Below are positions 7,007 to 15,788 of a stretch of 20,031 nt of DNA, in pieces. The notes under the pieces are model-generated. The model was not told the DNA's origin and ran no database searches. It saw nothing but the letters and a program-made list of their open reading frames with translations. The DNA comes from a virus (lineage: Duplodnaviria > Heunggongvirae > Uroviricota > Caudoviricetes), in IMG/VR virus record IMGVR_UViG_2541047753_000005; one strand, written 5' to 3'. The number at the start of each line of letters is the position of its first letter. The first letter of the stretch is position 1. The position numbers and the translations under genes were made by a program.

Positions 7007-9749
7007 TCTTATCCGTCAGGTTATCAGTGCGTCTGAAAACAACTGGCCTCATGTGCTGGGCTGCCTGAACATAAATGTCCCTGACTCTCCGCGCCGTCAT
7101 GCTCCCTGCCCTGCATGTGGGGGCAAAGATCGATTCCGGTTCGATGACAACGGGCGCGGTAGCTTCATCTGTAATCAGTGCGGCGCTGGTGATGGGCTGG
7201 ATTTAATTAAACGCGTAAATAACTGCGACACAACAGAGGCGGCGCTTCTTGCCGCTGATGTTCTGGGTATTGATTACCGGACAACGGAAACACCAGAAGC
7301 CACCAGCCAGAAACGGGAACAACTGGAAACCGAGCGCCAGCGACGCGAACAGGAGCGCCTGAAAAGGGCAGAGAAGGACGAACAACAAAGACGGGATACG
7401 TTTTCCCGTCAGTTTGATGACATGCGCAGAAAGGCTGTAAACGGCAAATCTGATTATCTGGTTGCGAAAGGGGTAGGTGATTTTACATTCCCCGTGTTGC
7501 CCGATGGATCTCTGTTGCTGGCGCTGGTGGATAAATCCGGCGCAGTAACAGCAGCACAGACTATTACCTCACATGGTGAAAAAAGACTCCTGATAGGTTC
7601 AGCAAAGCGGGGGGCATATCACGCCATAAACGCACCAGAAACAACACAGAGCATCTTAATCGCAGAAGGGCTGGCAACGGCATTATCTGCCCATTTAATG
7701 CGTCCAGAGGCGCTGACAGTGGCGGCGATTGATGCCGGGAACCTGTTATATGTCGCCCAGGTACTGCGGGATAAATTTCCTTCAGCACAAATCATCATTG
7801 CTGCGGATAACGACCACAGCGAAGGAAGACAAAACACGGGGAGAATAGCAGCAGAAAAAGCAGCTTTATCTGTTTCTGGATGGGTGGCATTACCCCCGAC
7901 AGATCACAAAGCAGACTGGAATGATTACCACCAAAAACACGGCATTAAATGCGCCACAGAAGCGTTCAATAAGTCAATGTACCAACCACAGGGTAATGGC
8001 GTGAAACAGGAGCCACAAACCATTGAGGGAAGCGATTTTAAGGTTATGGATACCGACCCACTGAAACCAAGAATAGAAAGCCGCGAGGATGGCATTTATT
8101 GGGTATCTCCGAGAGCTGACAGCCAGAGTGGAGAAATCATCAATAACGAAAGCTGGTTATGTTCTCCGTTAAGCGTTATCGGTACTGGCAGAGACGATAA
8201 AGACCAGTATCTCATTCTTCGCTGGCTGTCGTTTGGTTCTGAAACGCCGACAACCGCTGCCATTCCACTGGCTGATATTGGTGAACGTGAAGGATGGCGC
8301 ACACTTAAAGCTGGTGGGGTAAATGTCACGACCAAAAACAGCCTCAGAGCAATACTGGCAGACTGGCTACAACGCAGTGGCTCTCGTGAATTGTGGCGTG
8401 TTGCTCATGCCACTGGCTGGCAATGCGGAGCGTACATCATGCCTGATGGGGAAATCATCGGAACACCTGAAAATCCTGTGCTGTTCAGCGGGAGAAGCTC
8501 AGCCGCAGCCGGATATACCGTCTCAGGGAGCGCGAAAAGCTGGCGTGATAACGTGGCGCGTCTGGCCTTTGGTAACTATTCAATGATGACCGGGATCGGC
8601 GCAGCACTGGCAGCGCCATTGATTGGGCTGGTGGGCGCTGACGGGTTCGGCATTCATTTCTATGAGCAGTCGAGCGCAGGTAAGACCACCACGGCAAACG
8701 TGGCGAGCAGCTTATACGGCAACCCTGATTTACTGCGGCTGACGTGGTACGGAACCGCGCTGGGGCTGGCAAATGAAGCCGCCGCCCACAATGACGGACT
8801 AATGCCGCTTGATGAAGTTGGTCAGGGCGCTGATCCTGTCAGTATTTCACAGTCTGCCTATGCGTTATTTAACGGTGTAGGGAAACTGCAAGGCGCTAAA
8901 GATGGTGGAAACCGGGATCTAAAACGCTGGCGTACAGTGGCAATCAGCACCGGAGAAATGGATTTAGAAACATTTATCGCTACTTCCGGGCGAAAAACCA
9001 AAGCCGGGCAACTGGTGCGACTGCTGAATATTCCGTTGAGTAAAGCAGTACGCTTTCACGATTACCAGAACGGAAAACAGCACGCAGACGCACTGAAAGA
9101 CGCTTACCAGCATCACCACGGCGCAGCCGGGCGTGAGTGGATTAAATGGCTGGCAGACCACCAGCAACAGGCAATTAAAACTGTTCGTGACTGCGAAAGC
9201 AGATGGAGAAGTCTGATCCCATCCGATTATGGTGAGCAGGTTCACCGTGTAGCCGCGCGATTTGCCATTCTGGAGGCCGCATTGCTGTTAGGCGAGGTTG
9301 TAACAGGCTGGGATGCTCAGACATGCCGTGATGCGATACAGCACAGCTATAACGCATGGTTGCGCGAGTTCGGCACAGGTAACAAAGAACATCAGCAGAT
9401 TATTGAACAAACGGAGGCATTTCTTAATGCCTATGGGCTTAGCCGTTTTGCACCATTTCCATACAGCCCGGCAGATTTGCCCATCAAAGATTTAGCCGGA
9501 TACCGTCAGCGTGGAGAACATGACGAAAGCCCAATGATTTTCTACACATTCCCGGCCACATTTGAAAAGGAGATCGCATGTGGTTTCAACGCAAAACAGT
9601 TTGCTGAAGTGTTGAAAAAAGCCGGGATGCTAACCCCACCAAACAGCGGTCGTGGATACCAAAGAAAATCACCACGTATTCAGGGACGACAAATAAACGT
9701 TTATGTACTCAATTACCAGCCAGGAGATTACAACTCATCTGAAGAATGA
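6993..9749 (+). CDS. replicative primase-helicase (P4 alpha-like: zinc ribbon, Toprim primase, P-loop NTPase domain)
   Basis: 918 aa from ATG 6993 (ORF-track start 6990 is a GTG). N-terminal zinc ribbon CPACGG...CNQCG; Toprim-like acidic motifs (LIAEG, AADNDH); Walker A-like EQSSAGKTTT and Walker B-like LMPLDEVG. An iteron array follows 26 bp after the stop. Confidence 0.85.
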   Translation: MRNIDLIRQVISASENNWPHVLGCLNINVPDSPRRHAPCPACGGKDRFRFDDNGRGSFICNQCGAGDGLDLIKRVNNCDTTEAALLAADVLGIDYRTTETPEATSQKREQLETERQRREQERLKRAEKDEQQRRDTFSRQFDDMRRKAVNGKSDYLVAKGVGDFTFPVLPDGSLLLALVDKSGAVTAAQTITSHGEKRLLIGSAKRGAYHAINAPETTQSILIAEGLATALSAHLMRPEALTVAAIDAGNLLYVAQVLRDKFPSAQIIIAADNDHSEGRQNTGRIAAEKAALSVSGWVALPPTDHKADWNDYHQKHGIKCATEAFNKSMYQPQGNGVKQEPQTIEGSDFKVMDTDPLKPRIESREDGIYWVSPRADSQSGEIINNESWLCSPLSVIGTGRDDKDQYLILRWLSFGSETPTTAAIPLADIGEREGWRTLKAGGVNVTTKNSLRAILADWLQRSGSRELWRVAHATGWQCGAYIMPDGEIIGTPENPVLFSGRSSAAAGYTVSGSAKSWRDNVARLAFGNYSMMTGIGAALAAPLIGLVGADGFGIHFYEQSSAGKTTTANVASSLYGNPDLLRLTWYGTALGLANEAAAHNDGLMPLDEVGQGADPVSISQSAYALFNGVGKLQGAKDGGNRDLKRWRTVAISTGEMDLETFIATSGRKTKAGQLVRLLNIPLSKAVRFHDYQNGKQHADALKDAYQHHHGAAGREWIKWLADHQQQAIKTVRDCESRWRSLIPSDYGEQVHRVAARFAILEAALLLGEVVTGWDAQTCRDAIQHSYNAWLREFGTGNKEHQQIIEQTEAFLNAYGLSRFAPFPYSPADLPIKDLAGYRQRGEHDESPMIFYTFPATFEKEIACGFNAKQFAEVLKKAGMLTPPNSGRGYQRKSPRIQGRQINVYVLNYQPGDYNSSEE

Positions 9750-9774
9750 GCTTCTTCATGTGCGTAGAAAAGGC

Positions 9775-9894
9775 GTTGGTTCAGTTGGTTCAGTTGGTTC
9801 AGTTGGTTCAATTTGTAAAGAGTATTGTTTTATAAGAATTTTATTCTTTTTATTGAACCAACACTGAACCAACAGCACGGTATTTTGAACCAAC
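9775..9894. repeat. iteron array / origin-like element, left copy
   Basis: Four tandem GTTGGTTCA units (9775-9810), an AT-rich spacer, then three inverted TGAACCAAC units at 9854, 9865 and 9886. Confidence 0.7.
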
Positions 9895-10213
9895 ACAATG
9901 TGACTGAATTGATGCGCACAACACCTGGCTGGCATCAGAGAGTGTTTTACGAGACTTTCGTAAAATCCTGTGTACAAGGGCGTGACGTTTTTGAAAGTGA
10001 GCACTACGAAATTTTCGTAGTTCAGAAAACAGCCCCTGAGAAGTTGTTATACCTGTTCAGCAAACCATCCGCATAGCTGATCGCGAATCAAATTACCAAT
10101 GGAGCCAGAAGCAAGGGCAGAACTGAAAAGCGCCTGCCGTGAAGAGTAATGCGACACCATAAATATAGTTTTTAGAGTCCATAAAAAACCTGTCAAAACC
10201 TGACACACAGAAC

Positions 10214-10247
10214 GATGCCACCAGCTACTGAGCGGTGGCATTTTTTT
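10214..10247 (+). terminator. intrinsic terminator
   Basis: GATGCCACC / GGTGGCAT stem with an 11-nt loop followed by a T7 run. Confidence 0.6.
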
Positions 10248-10342
10248 GTGCTATCTGTTTCATATTTTGCAATTACGATGATGAATATTGCGATTTGTGA
10301 AACTATAATAACTGTTGTTTTATACAGTTCTAAGGGGGCGTT

Positions 10343-10504
10343 ATGGCTATTTCAGTAAAGCCGGTATTGATAAGTGAGAAGCAAATGGAAGCGATAAAGA
10401 AAATTCAGGAAGAGCAGCGTAAAAAATCAGGAATTGGAGTAGCGCCAACTCTGCATGAAATTGCACGAGGGTTAATAGATAAGGCGCTGGCAGGCTGTAT
10501 GTGA
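10343..10504 (+). CDS. small protein (53 aa), possibly ribbon-helix-helix-like DNA-binding protein
   Basis: Not in the ORF track (under 60 aa). ATG at 10343 preceded by AAGGGGG about 6 nt upstream and a TATAAT at 10304-10309. Predicted short beta-strand (ISVKPVLIS) followed by two helices; fold assignment is a guess. Confidence 0.5.
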   Translation: MAISVKPVLISEKQMEAIKKIQEEQRKKSGIGVAPTLHEIARGLIDKALAGCM

Positions 10505-10520
10505 AAATGGATGGCATCGC

Positions 10521-10982
10521 ATGGAACTAAAATTTATTGATAACCCTGTGCGATTACAGGCCTTTCTCAACGAGCCTGGCAATACCGAAAATATTGTTGA
10601 GCCGGGGCACACGTACTACATCAAGCCTGATGCGGTATATCTCGGTATCTACGAAGGATTGGTGCTGGCTGGCGTTCATGAAGTGCGTAACTTCTGGCAT
10701 AGCATTGTTGAATGCCATGCGGTGTACGACCCCGGATTCCGTGGTGAATATGCACTGCAAGGGCATCGATTATTCTGCAAATGGCTTCTCGAAAACTCAC
10801 CATTCCTTAACAGCATTACCATGGTTCCTGACACAACGAAATACGGACGGGCAATTATCCGTTTGCTTGGCGCTACCCGTGTTGGTCACCTTGATGATGC
10901 TTATATCAGATGTGGTAAACCCGTCGGCGTAACGCTTTATCAGTTAACTCGGCAACAATATAAGGAATTCAGCGAATGTTAA
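10521..10982 (+). CDS. hypothetical protein at the position of gene 14 in P22-type ejection-gene blocks
   Basis: 153-aa ORF; stop overlaps the start of the next gene. Assignment by position only. Confidence 0.6.
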   Translation: MELKFIDNPVRLQAFLNEPGNTENIVEPGHTYYIKPDAVYLGIYEGLVLAGVHEVRNFWHSIVECHAVYDPGFRGEYALQGHRLFCKWLLENSPFLNSITMVPDTTKYGRAIIRLLGATRVGHLDDAYIRCGKPVGVTLYQLTRQQYKEFSEC

Positions 10983-11653
10983 TTACCCATATAGCTCATA
11001 AACATCTCAATCGTGCCGTATACGAAAAAGGCGGTGATGGTGGTGCCTCTAAAGCTCAGGCGAAGGCCCAGCAGCAGGCAATTGATTTGCAGCGCGAGCA
11101 GTGGAATACGGTGATGAATAATCTCAAGCCGTATGCAGAAGTCGGATTGCCTGCTTTACAACAACTACAAGGACTGATGACTCTGGAAGGGCAGAATAAA
11201 GCCGCGAATGATTTCTTTGGTTCTGGTTTATATAAAACACAGGCAGATCAGGCCCGTTATCAGAACCTTGTCTCAGCAGAAGCTACCGGGGGGCTTGGCT
11301 CAACAGCTACCAGTAACCAGTTATCTTCCATTGCGCCCATGCTTTATAACAATTGGCTTAGTGGGCAAATGCAAAATTATGGAAACCTGCTAAATGTCGG
11401 GATGAATGCGGCATCAGGGCAGGCAACAGCAGGGCAAAACTACGCCAATAATACCGGACAACTCTTGCAGGGGCTTGGCGCTATTCGTGCAGGTCAGGCG
11501 CAGCAGCCATCCAGTCTTGCGCGTGGTATTGGTGGGGCGGCATCAGGCGCTTTAGCGGGTGCGCAACTTGGTTCCGTTGTTCCGGGTATAGGTAATGTCG
11601 CCGGGGCTATTGGTGGTGGGCTTATTGGTCTTGTTGGGGGGCTTGGATTCTAA
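10976..11653 (+). CDS. putative podovirus ejection (DNA-transfer) protein, P22 gp7-like
   Basis: 225 aa (P22 gp7 is about 229 aa as I recall). Gln/Ala/Gly-rich low-complexity protein with a Gly-zipper hydrophobic C-terminus (GALAGAQLGSVVPGIGNVAGAIGGGLIGLVGGLGF). Start overlaps the upstream stop. Homology inferred from size, order and composition, not from a search. Confidence 0.5.
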   Translation: MLITHIAHKHLNRAVYEKGGDGGASKAQAKAQQQAIDLQREQWNTVMNNLKPYAEVGLPALQQLQGLMTLEGQNKAANDFFGSGLYKTQADQARYQNLVSAEATGGLGSTATSNQLSSIAPMLYNNWLSGQMQNYGNLLNVGMNAASGQATAGQNYANNTGQLLQGLGAIRAGQAQQPSSLARGIGGAASGALAGAQLGSVVPGIGNVAGAIGGGLIGLVGGLGF

Positions 11654-13074
11654 TGGCGACATGGCAACTTGGCGGGCTGCCTAGCATGGTACCGCAAAAT
11701 GATAATGCTCCTCGTTCTTCCGTTCCTCAGCCTGTGCAGTTTCAGCAGCAGCCAAACGTAGGTTTAATGGCGCTACAGGGGCTAAGAGGCGTTGCTGAGA
11801 TTAATCAGCAGGCACGTCAACAACAGCGTAAAGCAGAGTTTCAGAAAGCATATGCCGGGGCTTTTGAGTCTGGAGACAGAAACAAAATGCGCAGTCTTAT
11901 TTCTGAGTATCCAGAAGAATTTGAAAGCGTTCAGAAAGGGATGGGCTTTATTGATGACGACCAGAGAAATTCTATTGGTCATCTTGCGACTAGTGCTCAA
12001 ATCGCATCTTCGCTCGGAACTGGGGCATTTGGAAAATTCATAGCAGATAACGAAGATGAAATGCGTCGCTTGGGAATTTCTCCTGAGTCTGTTGCCGAAA
12101 TGCATGTTAATGATCCACAGGAATTCCAGCGGCTTGCTGGTAGTATGGCACTGTTTTCTCTCGGTCATGAGAAGTACTTCGATATCAAAGATCGAATGGA
12201 AGGTCGGGATATTGAGCGTGGCAAGTTGGCAGAGACAATCCGCAGCAATCAGGCTGGAGAGGCGCTTCAGGCGAGAGGGCAGGATATTAGCCGAGCAAAT
12301 GCGTTAACGTCAGCATATGCACCAACAGCCGCAATGCAGAATTACAATCAGTACGCGCAAATGTTAAAGGCGGATCCAGAGGGGGCAGCGGCATTTGCGG
12401 CAGCGGCTGGAATTAATACAAACGCCAAAAAATTAATGAGTGTTAGGGAAAACGATGATGGCACTGTCACAAAATACTACACAGACGGAAGTGAAGAGCA
12501 GGGAAAACTAAACCAGCCAATATCTGGAGATGGGTTTCGTCCAATAGCTTTGCCAACAGCCCAAAAGATCATGGAAAAGTCGCCAGAAGGGGCTAAAAAA
12601 GCTGCTGGATTTGCATACAGAGTTAGGGATGCTCTTGATTCAATGGATACACTGAAAGGCCAGCTTAGCCCACAGCGAGTGGCGATCATTAATAATGCTT
12701 TGGGTAATGGGACGCTGGCTAACTTAACGCTCAGCCCAACAGAGCAGCAATACGTTGTTAATGCTAATGACGCAATAATGGCAATACTCCGTCAGGAAAC
12801 AGGGGCAGCTATCGTACCTGCTGAAATGTCAAAATATTATCAAATGTATTTCCCTCAGCCTGGCGACTCCACAAAAACCATTGATACCAAGCGCCGGAAG
12901 ATGGAAAACCAGTTCAATTCGCTGAAAGCTGCTTCTGGTCGAGCTTATGATGCTTTGCGTGTTATTTCAGCAGTTGACAGAGGAACTTCTTCTTCGTCGC
13001 AGACATTGCCGCAATCTGAGCAGGTATCACAGCCAGCAGCCAGCAGTAATTTTTCTTCACTATGGGGTGATTAA
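11653..13074 (+). CDS. putative podovirus ejection (DNA-transfer) protein, P22 gp20-like
   Basis: 473 aa (P22 gp20 is about 471 aa as I recall); TAATG stop/start overlap with the preceding gene; Gln-rich N-terminus. Confidence 0.5.
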   Translation: MATWQLGGLPSMVPQNDNAPRSSVPQPVQFQQQPNVGLMALQGLRGVAEINQQARQQQRKAEFQKAYAGAFESGDRNKMRSLISEYPEEFESVQKGMGFIDDDQRNSIGHLATSAQIASSLGTGAFGKFIADNEDEMRRLGISPESVAEMHVNDPQEFQRLAGSMALFSLGHEKYFDIKDRMEGRDIERGKLAETIRSNQAGEALQARGQDISRANALTSAYAPTAAMQNYNQYAQMLKADPEGAAAFAAAAGINTNAKKLMSVRENDDGTVTKYYTDGSEEQGKLNQPISGDGFRPIALPTAQKIMEKSPEGAKKAAGFAYRVRDALDSMDTLKGQLSPQRVAIINNALGNGTLANLTLSPTEQQYVVNANDAIMAILRQETGAAIVPAEMSKYYQMYFPQPGDSTKTIDTKRRKMENQFNSLKAASGRAYDALRVISAVDRGTSSSSQTLPQSEQVSQPAASSNFSSLWGD

Positions 13075-15179
13075 TGGCTAAAGCATGGAAAGATGTTATC
13101 GCCTCTCCACAGTATCAGGCGTTAGCACCAGAACAAAAAGTGCAGGCTCAGGAGCAATACTTCAATGAAGTCGTGGCCCCGCAAGCCGGAGAAAGTGTAG
13201 AGCAGGCTAAGCAGGCTTTTTATGCTGCCTATCCACTACCATCTACGAATGAAATAGACCGCTCCCAATCAGCAACTCAAAATATTCAACATACATCATC
13301 TGATAATTCTCTTGCGTCAGGGTATGCAAAGTTAGCTACTCAGCAAAGAGAGGGGCTTGAGCGTTCAGCAGAACAGGGAGCCAGTCTTGGGACTGCGATG
13401 CGCGATGCTATAACAGGCGAAAGCCGAATGACTCCAGAGATGGAGAGACTGCAAAATGTCGCCTCTGCCCCAGAATTGAACTCACTAAGCATGGATGCCC
13501 TGAAGGCTGGATGGTCTCAACTTTTCGGCTCTGACGCGTCTCAGGAAAAGATTCTTCAGGGCATGGGGGCGACATTAAGGCAGGATGAGAAGGGGAATAC
13601 TATCGTTTCTCTGCCATCAGGTGATTATGCCCTGAACAAGCCGGGTTTATCACCGCAAGACCTGACTTCGTTTCTGGCTAATGCGCTGGCGTTTACACCA
13701 GCGGGCAGGGCTGGAACGGTGCTTGGTGCCATAGGAAAATCAGCAGCTACAGATTTAGCACTACAGGGAGCCACCAGCAAGGCTGGTGGAGAAGATATTG
13801 ATCCGTTACAAACGGTAATTTCTGCTGGCATTGGTGGTATTGGTAAGGGGCTGGAAAATACAGCGAGTGCGGTTTCGAGGGCTGTTCGTGGTGATATGTC
13901 GCCTGAAGCAAAGGCTGCTGTCGACTTTGCATCGGAAAGAAATCTGCCGTTAATGACCAGTGACATGCTGAAAGATAAAACCTTTATGCAGAGTCAGGCT
14001 CAGACATTAGGCAAAAGAGTTCCTTTTTTTGGAACCGGTAAGAATCGGCTGAATCAACAACAAGCACGAGAAAATTTAGTCAGAACATTTAGCGATGGTC
14101 TGGGTGGCATTTCTGATAAACAGCTTTATGAATCTGCGACTAAAGGGCAACAAAAATTCATTGAGGCAGCAGGAAAGCGATATAACCGCATAATTGACGC
14201 TATGGGGGATACCCCTGTCGATCTCTCAAACACGGTAAAAACTATCGACAATCAGATTGCCGTGTTAAGCCGCCCTGGCAAATCTCAGGATAGAGCCGCG
14301 GTAAAAGTCTTGCAGCAATTTAAAGACGATATCACCAGCGGACCAAATGACCTGCGTCTGGCGAGGGAAAACAGAACCGATCTTCGAAAGCGATTTATAG
14401 CGTCATCTGACACTGTTGATAAAGATACGCTCCAGAAAGCCAGCGATATTATCTACAAGGCATATACGGCGGATATGAAAAAAGCCGTAGCCAAAAATCT
14501 TGGAGCAGACGAAGCCATTAATATGGCAAGGGTTGATCGCTCATGGTCTAAATTCAATGACATGATGGGAAGAACGCGCGTTCAAAAGGCAATAGCCAGC
14601 GGCAAGGCCACGCCTGAGGATGTAACAAAACTCGTTTTTAGCCAAAGCCCATCAGAACGTTCTCAGCTTTACAGGCTTCTGGATGACAATGGTAGGCAAA
14701 ACGCACGAGCAGCTATAGTTCAGAATGCTGTAGATAAGGCGACTGATCCGTCTGGAAATATCAGTGTTGAGAAGTTTATTAATGCGTTACACCGGAACAG
14801 GAAGCAATCAGCAACTTTCTTTAAAGGCGTACATGGAAAGGAACTGGACGGCGTTATTAAATACCTCAACGATACAAGACACGCGGCAAAAGCGAACGTT
14901 CAAAACTTAAATGGTCAGCAGCTTTATGGATTGTTAGTTGGTGGTGGCATCATAAACGCAGCAGTATTGGCGGGGATGCTAAAAACGGCTGCGTTTGTTG
15001 TTCCTGCTGCTGGTGCCGTAGGCGGAGCAGCGAAGGCATACGAAAGCCCTGTTATACGAAATGCCTTGTTACGTCTGGCAAATACGCCAAAAGGTAGCAC
15101 AGCATATGACAGAGCGATCAGTACGGTCACACAATCGCTCACCAGAGTCGCACAGGCATCACAAAAAGAAGCTCAATAA
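13074..15179 (+). CDS. putative podovirus ejection (DNA-transfer) protein, P22 gp16-like
   Basis: 701 aa; TAATG overlap with the preceding gene; low-complexity Ala/Gln/Gly-rich protein with a hydrophobic Gly/Ala-rich segment near the C-terminus (LYGLLVGGGIINAAVLAGMLKTAAFVVPAAGAVGGAAKA). Third and largest gene of the block, as in P22. Confidence 0.5.
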   Translation: MAKAWKDVIASPQYQALAPEQKVQAQEQYFNEVVAPQAGESVEQAKQAFYAAYPLPSTNEIDRSQSATQNIQHTSSDNSLASGYAKLATQQREGLERSAEQGASLGTAMRDAITGESRMTPEMERLQNVASAPELNSLSMDALKAGWSQLFGSDASQEKILQGMGATLRQDEKGNTIVSLPSGDYALNKPGLSPQDLTSFLANALAFTPAGRAGTVLGAIGKSAATDLALQGATSKAGGEDIDPLQTVISAGIGGIGKGLENTASAVSRAVRGDMSPEAKAAVDFASERNLPLMTSDMLKDKTFMQSQAQTLGKRVPFFGTGKNRLNQQQARENLVRTFSDGLGGISDKQLYESATKGQQKFIEAAGKRYNRIIDAMGDTPVDLSNTVKTIDNQIAVLSRPGKSQDRAAVKVLQQFKDDITSGPNDLRLARENRTDLRKRFIASSDTVDKDTLQKASDIIYKAYTADMKKAVAKNLGADEAINMARVDRSWSKFNDMMGRTRVQKAIASGKATPEDVTKLVFSQSPSERSQLYRLLDDNGRQNARAAIVQNAVDKATDPSGNISVEKFINALHRNRKQSATFFKGVHGKELDGVIKYLNDTRHAAKANVQNLNGQQLYGLLVGGGIINAAVLAGMLKTAAFVVPAAGAVGGAAKAYESPVIRNALLRLANTPKGSTAYDRAISTVTQSLTRVAQASQKEAQ

Positions 15180-15197
15180 CTGGTTAGCCACGGATGG

Positions 15198-15674
15198 CTA
15201 ATTTTTGTTCTTTGCTCTCATCCACAGGTAAAGAAGGGCAAGAACAAGACAAAAAACAGAGAATAGATGACCTACCTCATATGGTGCGCCCAAAAAATTA
15301 GCTATTGATACGGGCAAAAAAGCTGAAGCGATCAAAATTGAAAGGCAAAAAATAAGCCCAGTAATATAGTTTATTAAATTCTTAAATGAGAAATGTTTTG
15401 CTTGATTTACGGTCTTAGCGAATGATCGCTTAACGACGGATAAAAGCAAATAGATGGCGACAGTTGCTAATGCCCCTTTCCACCAGTCTGGATATAGTTT
15501 TGCGACAATCAGACCAAGGAAAACCATGATGACAGCCTGAGCATTCACACCAACCCTCCCTTTAGCGTTGTTTAGAATGGCAATCATCATATATCCAAGA
15601 CATGGCATTTGGTACATAGCTTGGGTCGGGATTTCAAATCCGATCCCCGTTGATGGGGCCGTTACAGTGCGCAC
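15198..15674 (-). CDS. polytopic inner-membrane protein, candidate superinfection-exclusion protein (SieA-like by position)
   Basis: Convergent with the ejection operon and AT-rich. About four hydrophobic helices. The ORF-track start at 15674 is a GTG; an in-frame GTG preceded by GGGAGGG (protein then begins VNAQAVIMVF) is a more plausible start, so the 5' end is uncertain. P22 sieA occupies this position and orientation after gene 16. Confidence 0.5.
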   Translation of the reverse strand: MRTVTAPSTGIGFEIPTQAMYQMPCLGYMMIAILNNAKGRVGVNAQAVIMVFLGLIVAKLYPDWWKGALATVAIYLLLSVVKRSFAKTVNQAKHFSFKNLINYITGLIFCLSILIASAFLPVSIANFLGAPYEVGHLFSVFCLVLALLYLWMRAKNKN

Positions 15675-15766
15675 ATATCCGCTTTATGTGAAACAGGAAG
15701 ATTTTTCTGATATCACTGCCACAGCAAAACACCAATTTCGAGACAAGTACGCGTGCGAGGGGTATC

Positions 15767-15788
15767 AGTTGCAAAAAATTTTGCAACT
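15767..15788. promoter_or_regulatory. near-palindromic operator-like site
   Basis: AGTTGCAAAA-AA-TTTTGCAACT: 10-bp perfect inverted arms separated by 2 bp, in the gap between the membrane-protein gene and the second alpA gene. Confidence 0.4.

Noticed and set aside
7203-9495. Eight short ORFs on both strands inside the primase-helicase gene
   Set aside because: Embedded in or antisense to a gene with clear primase and NTPase motifs; compositions rich in Arg/Ser/Cys typical of out-of-frame translation.
9775-9810. Tandem 9-bp repeats considered as a possible CRISPR array or minisatellite
   Set aside because: Units are only 9 bp, contiguous with no spacers, and are mirrored by inverted copies plus an AT-rich stretch; this is iteron/origin architecture.
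9756-10241. ORFs 9756..10004 (-), 9825..10076 (+) and 10047..10241 (-) across the iteron/origin region
   Set aside because: They translate the iteron repeats themselves (for example the EPTEPTEPT run), lack Shine-Dalgarno sequences, and the region behaves as non-coding origin DNA with a terminator.
10537-13966. Alternative-frame and antisense ORFs inside the ejection-like operon (10537..10932, 10554..10766, 10621..10803, 11208..11393, 11782..12168, 11792..12043, 12056..12307, 12477..12689, 13625..13966, 13747..13932, 14924..15142)
   Set aside because: All overlap the coupled operon frames, which have the consistent stop/start overlaps.
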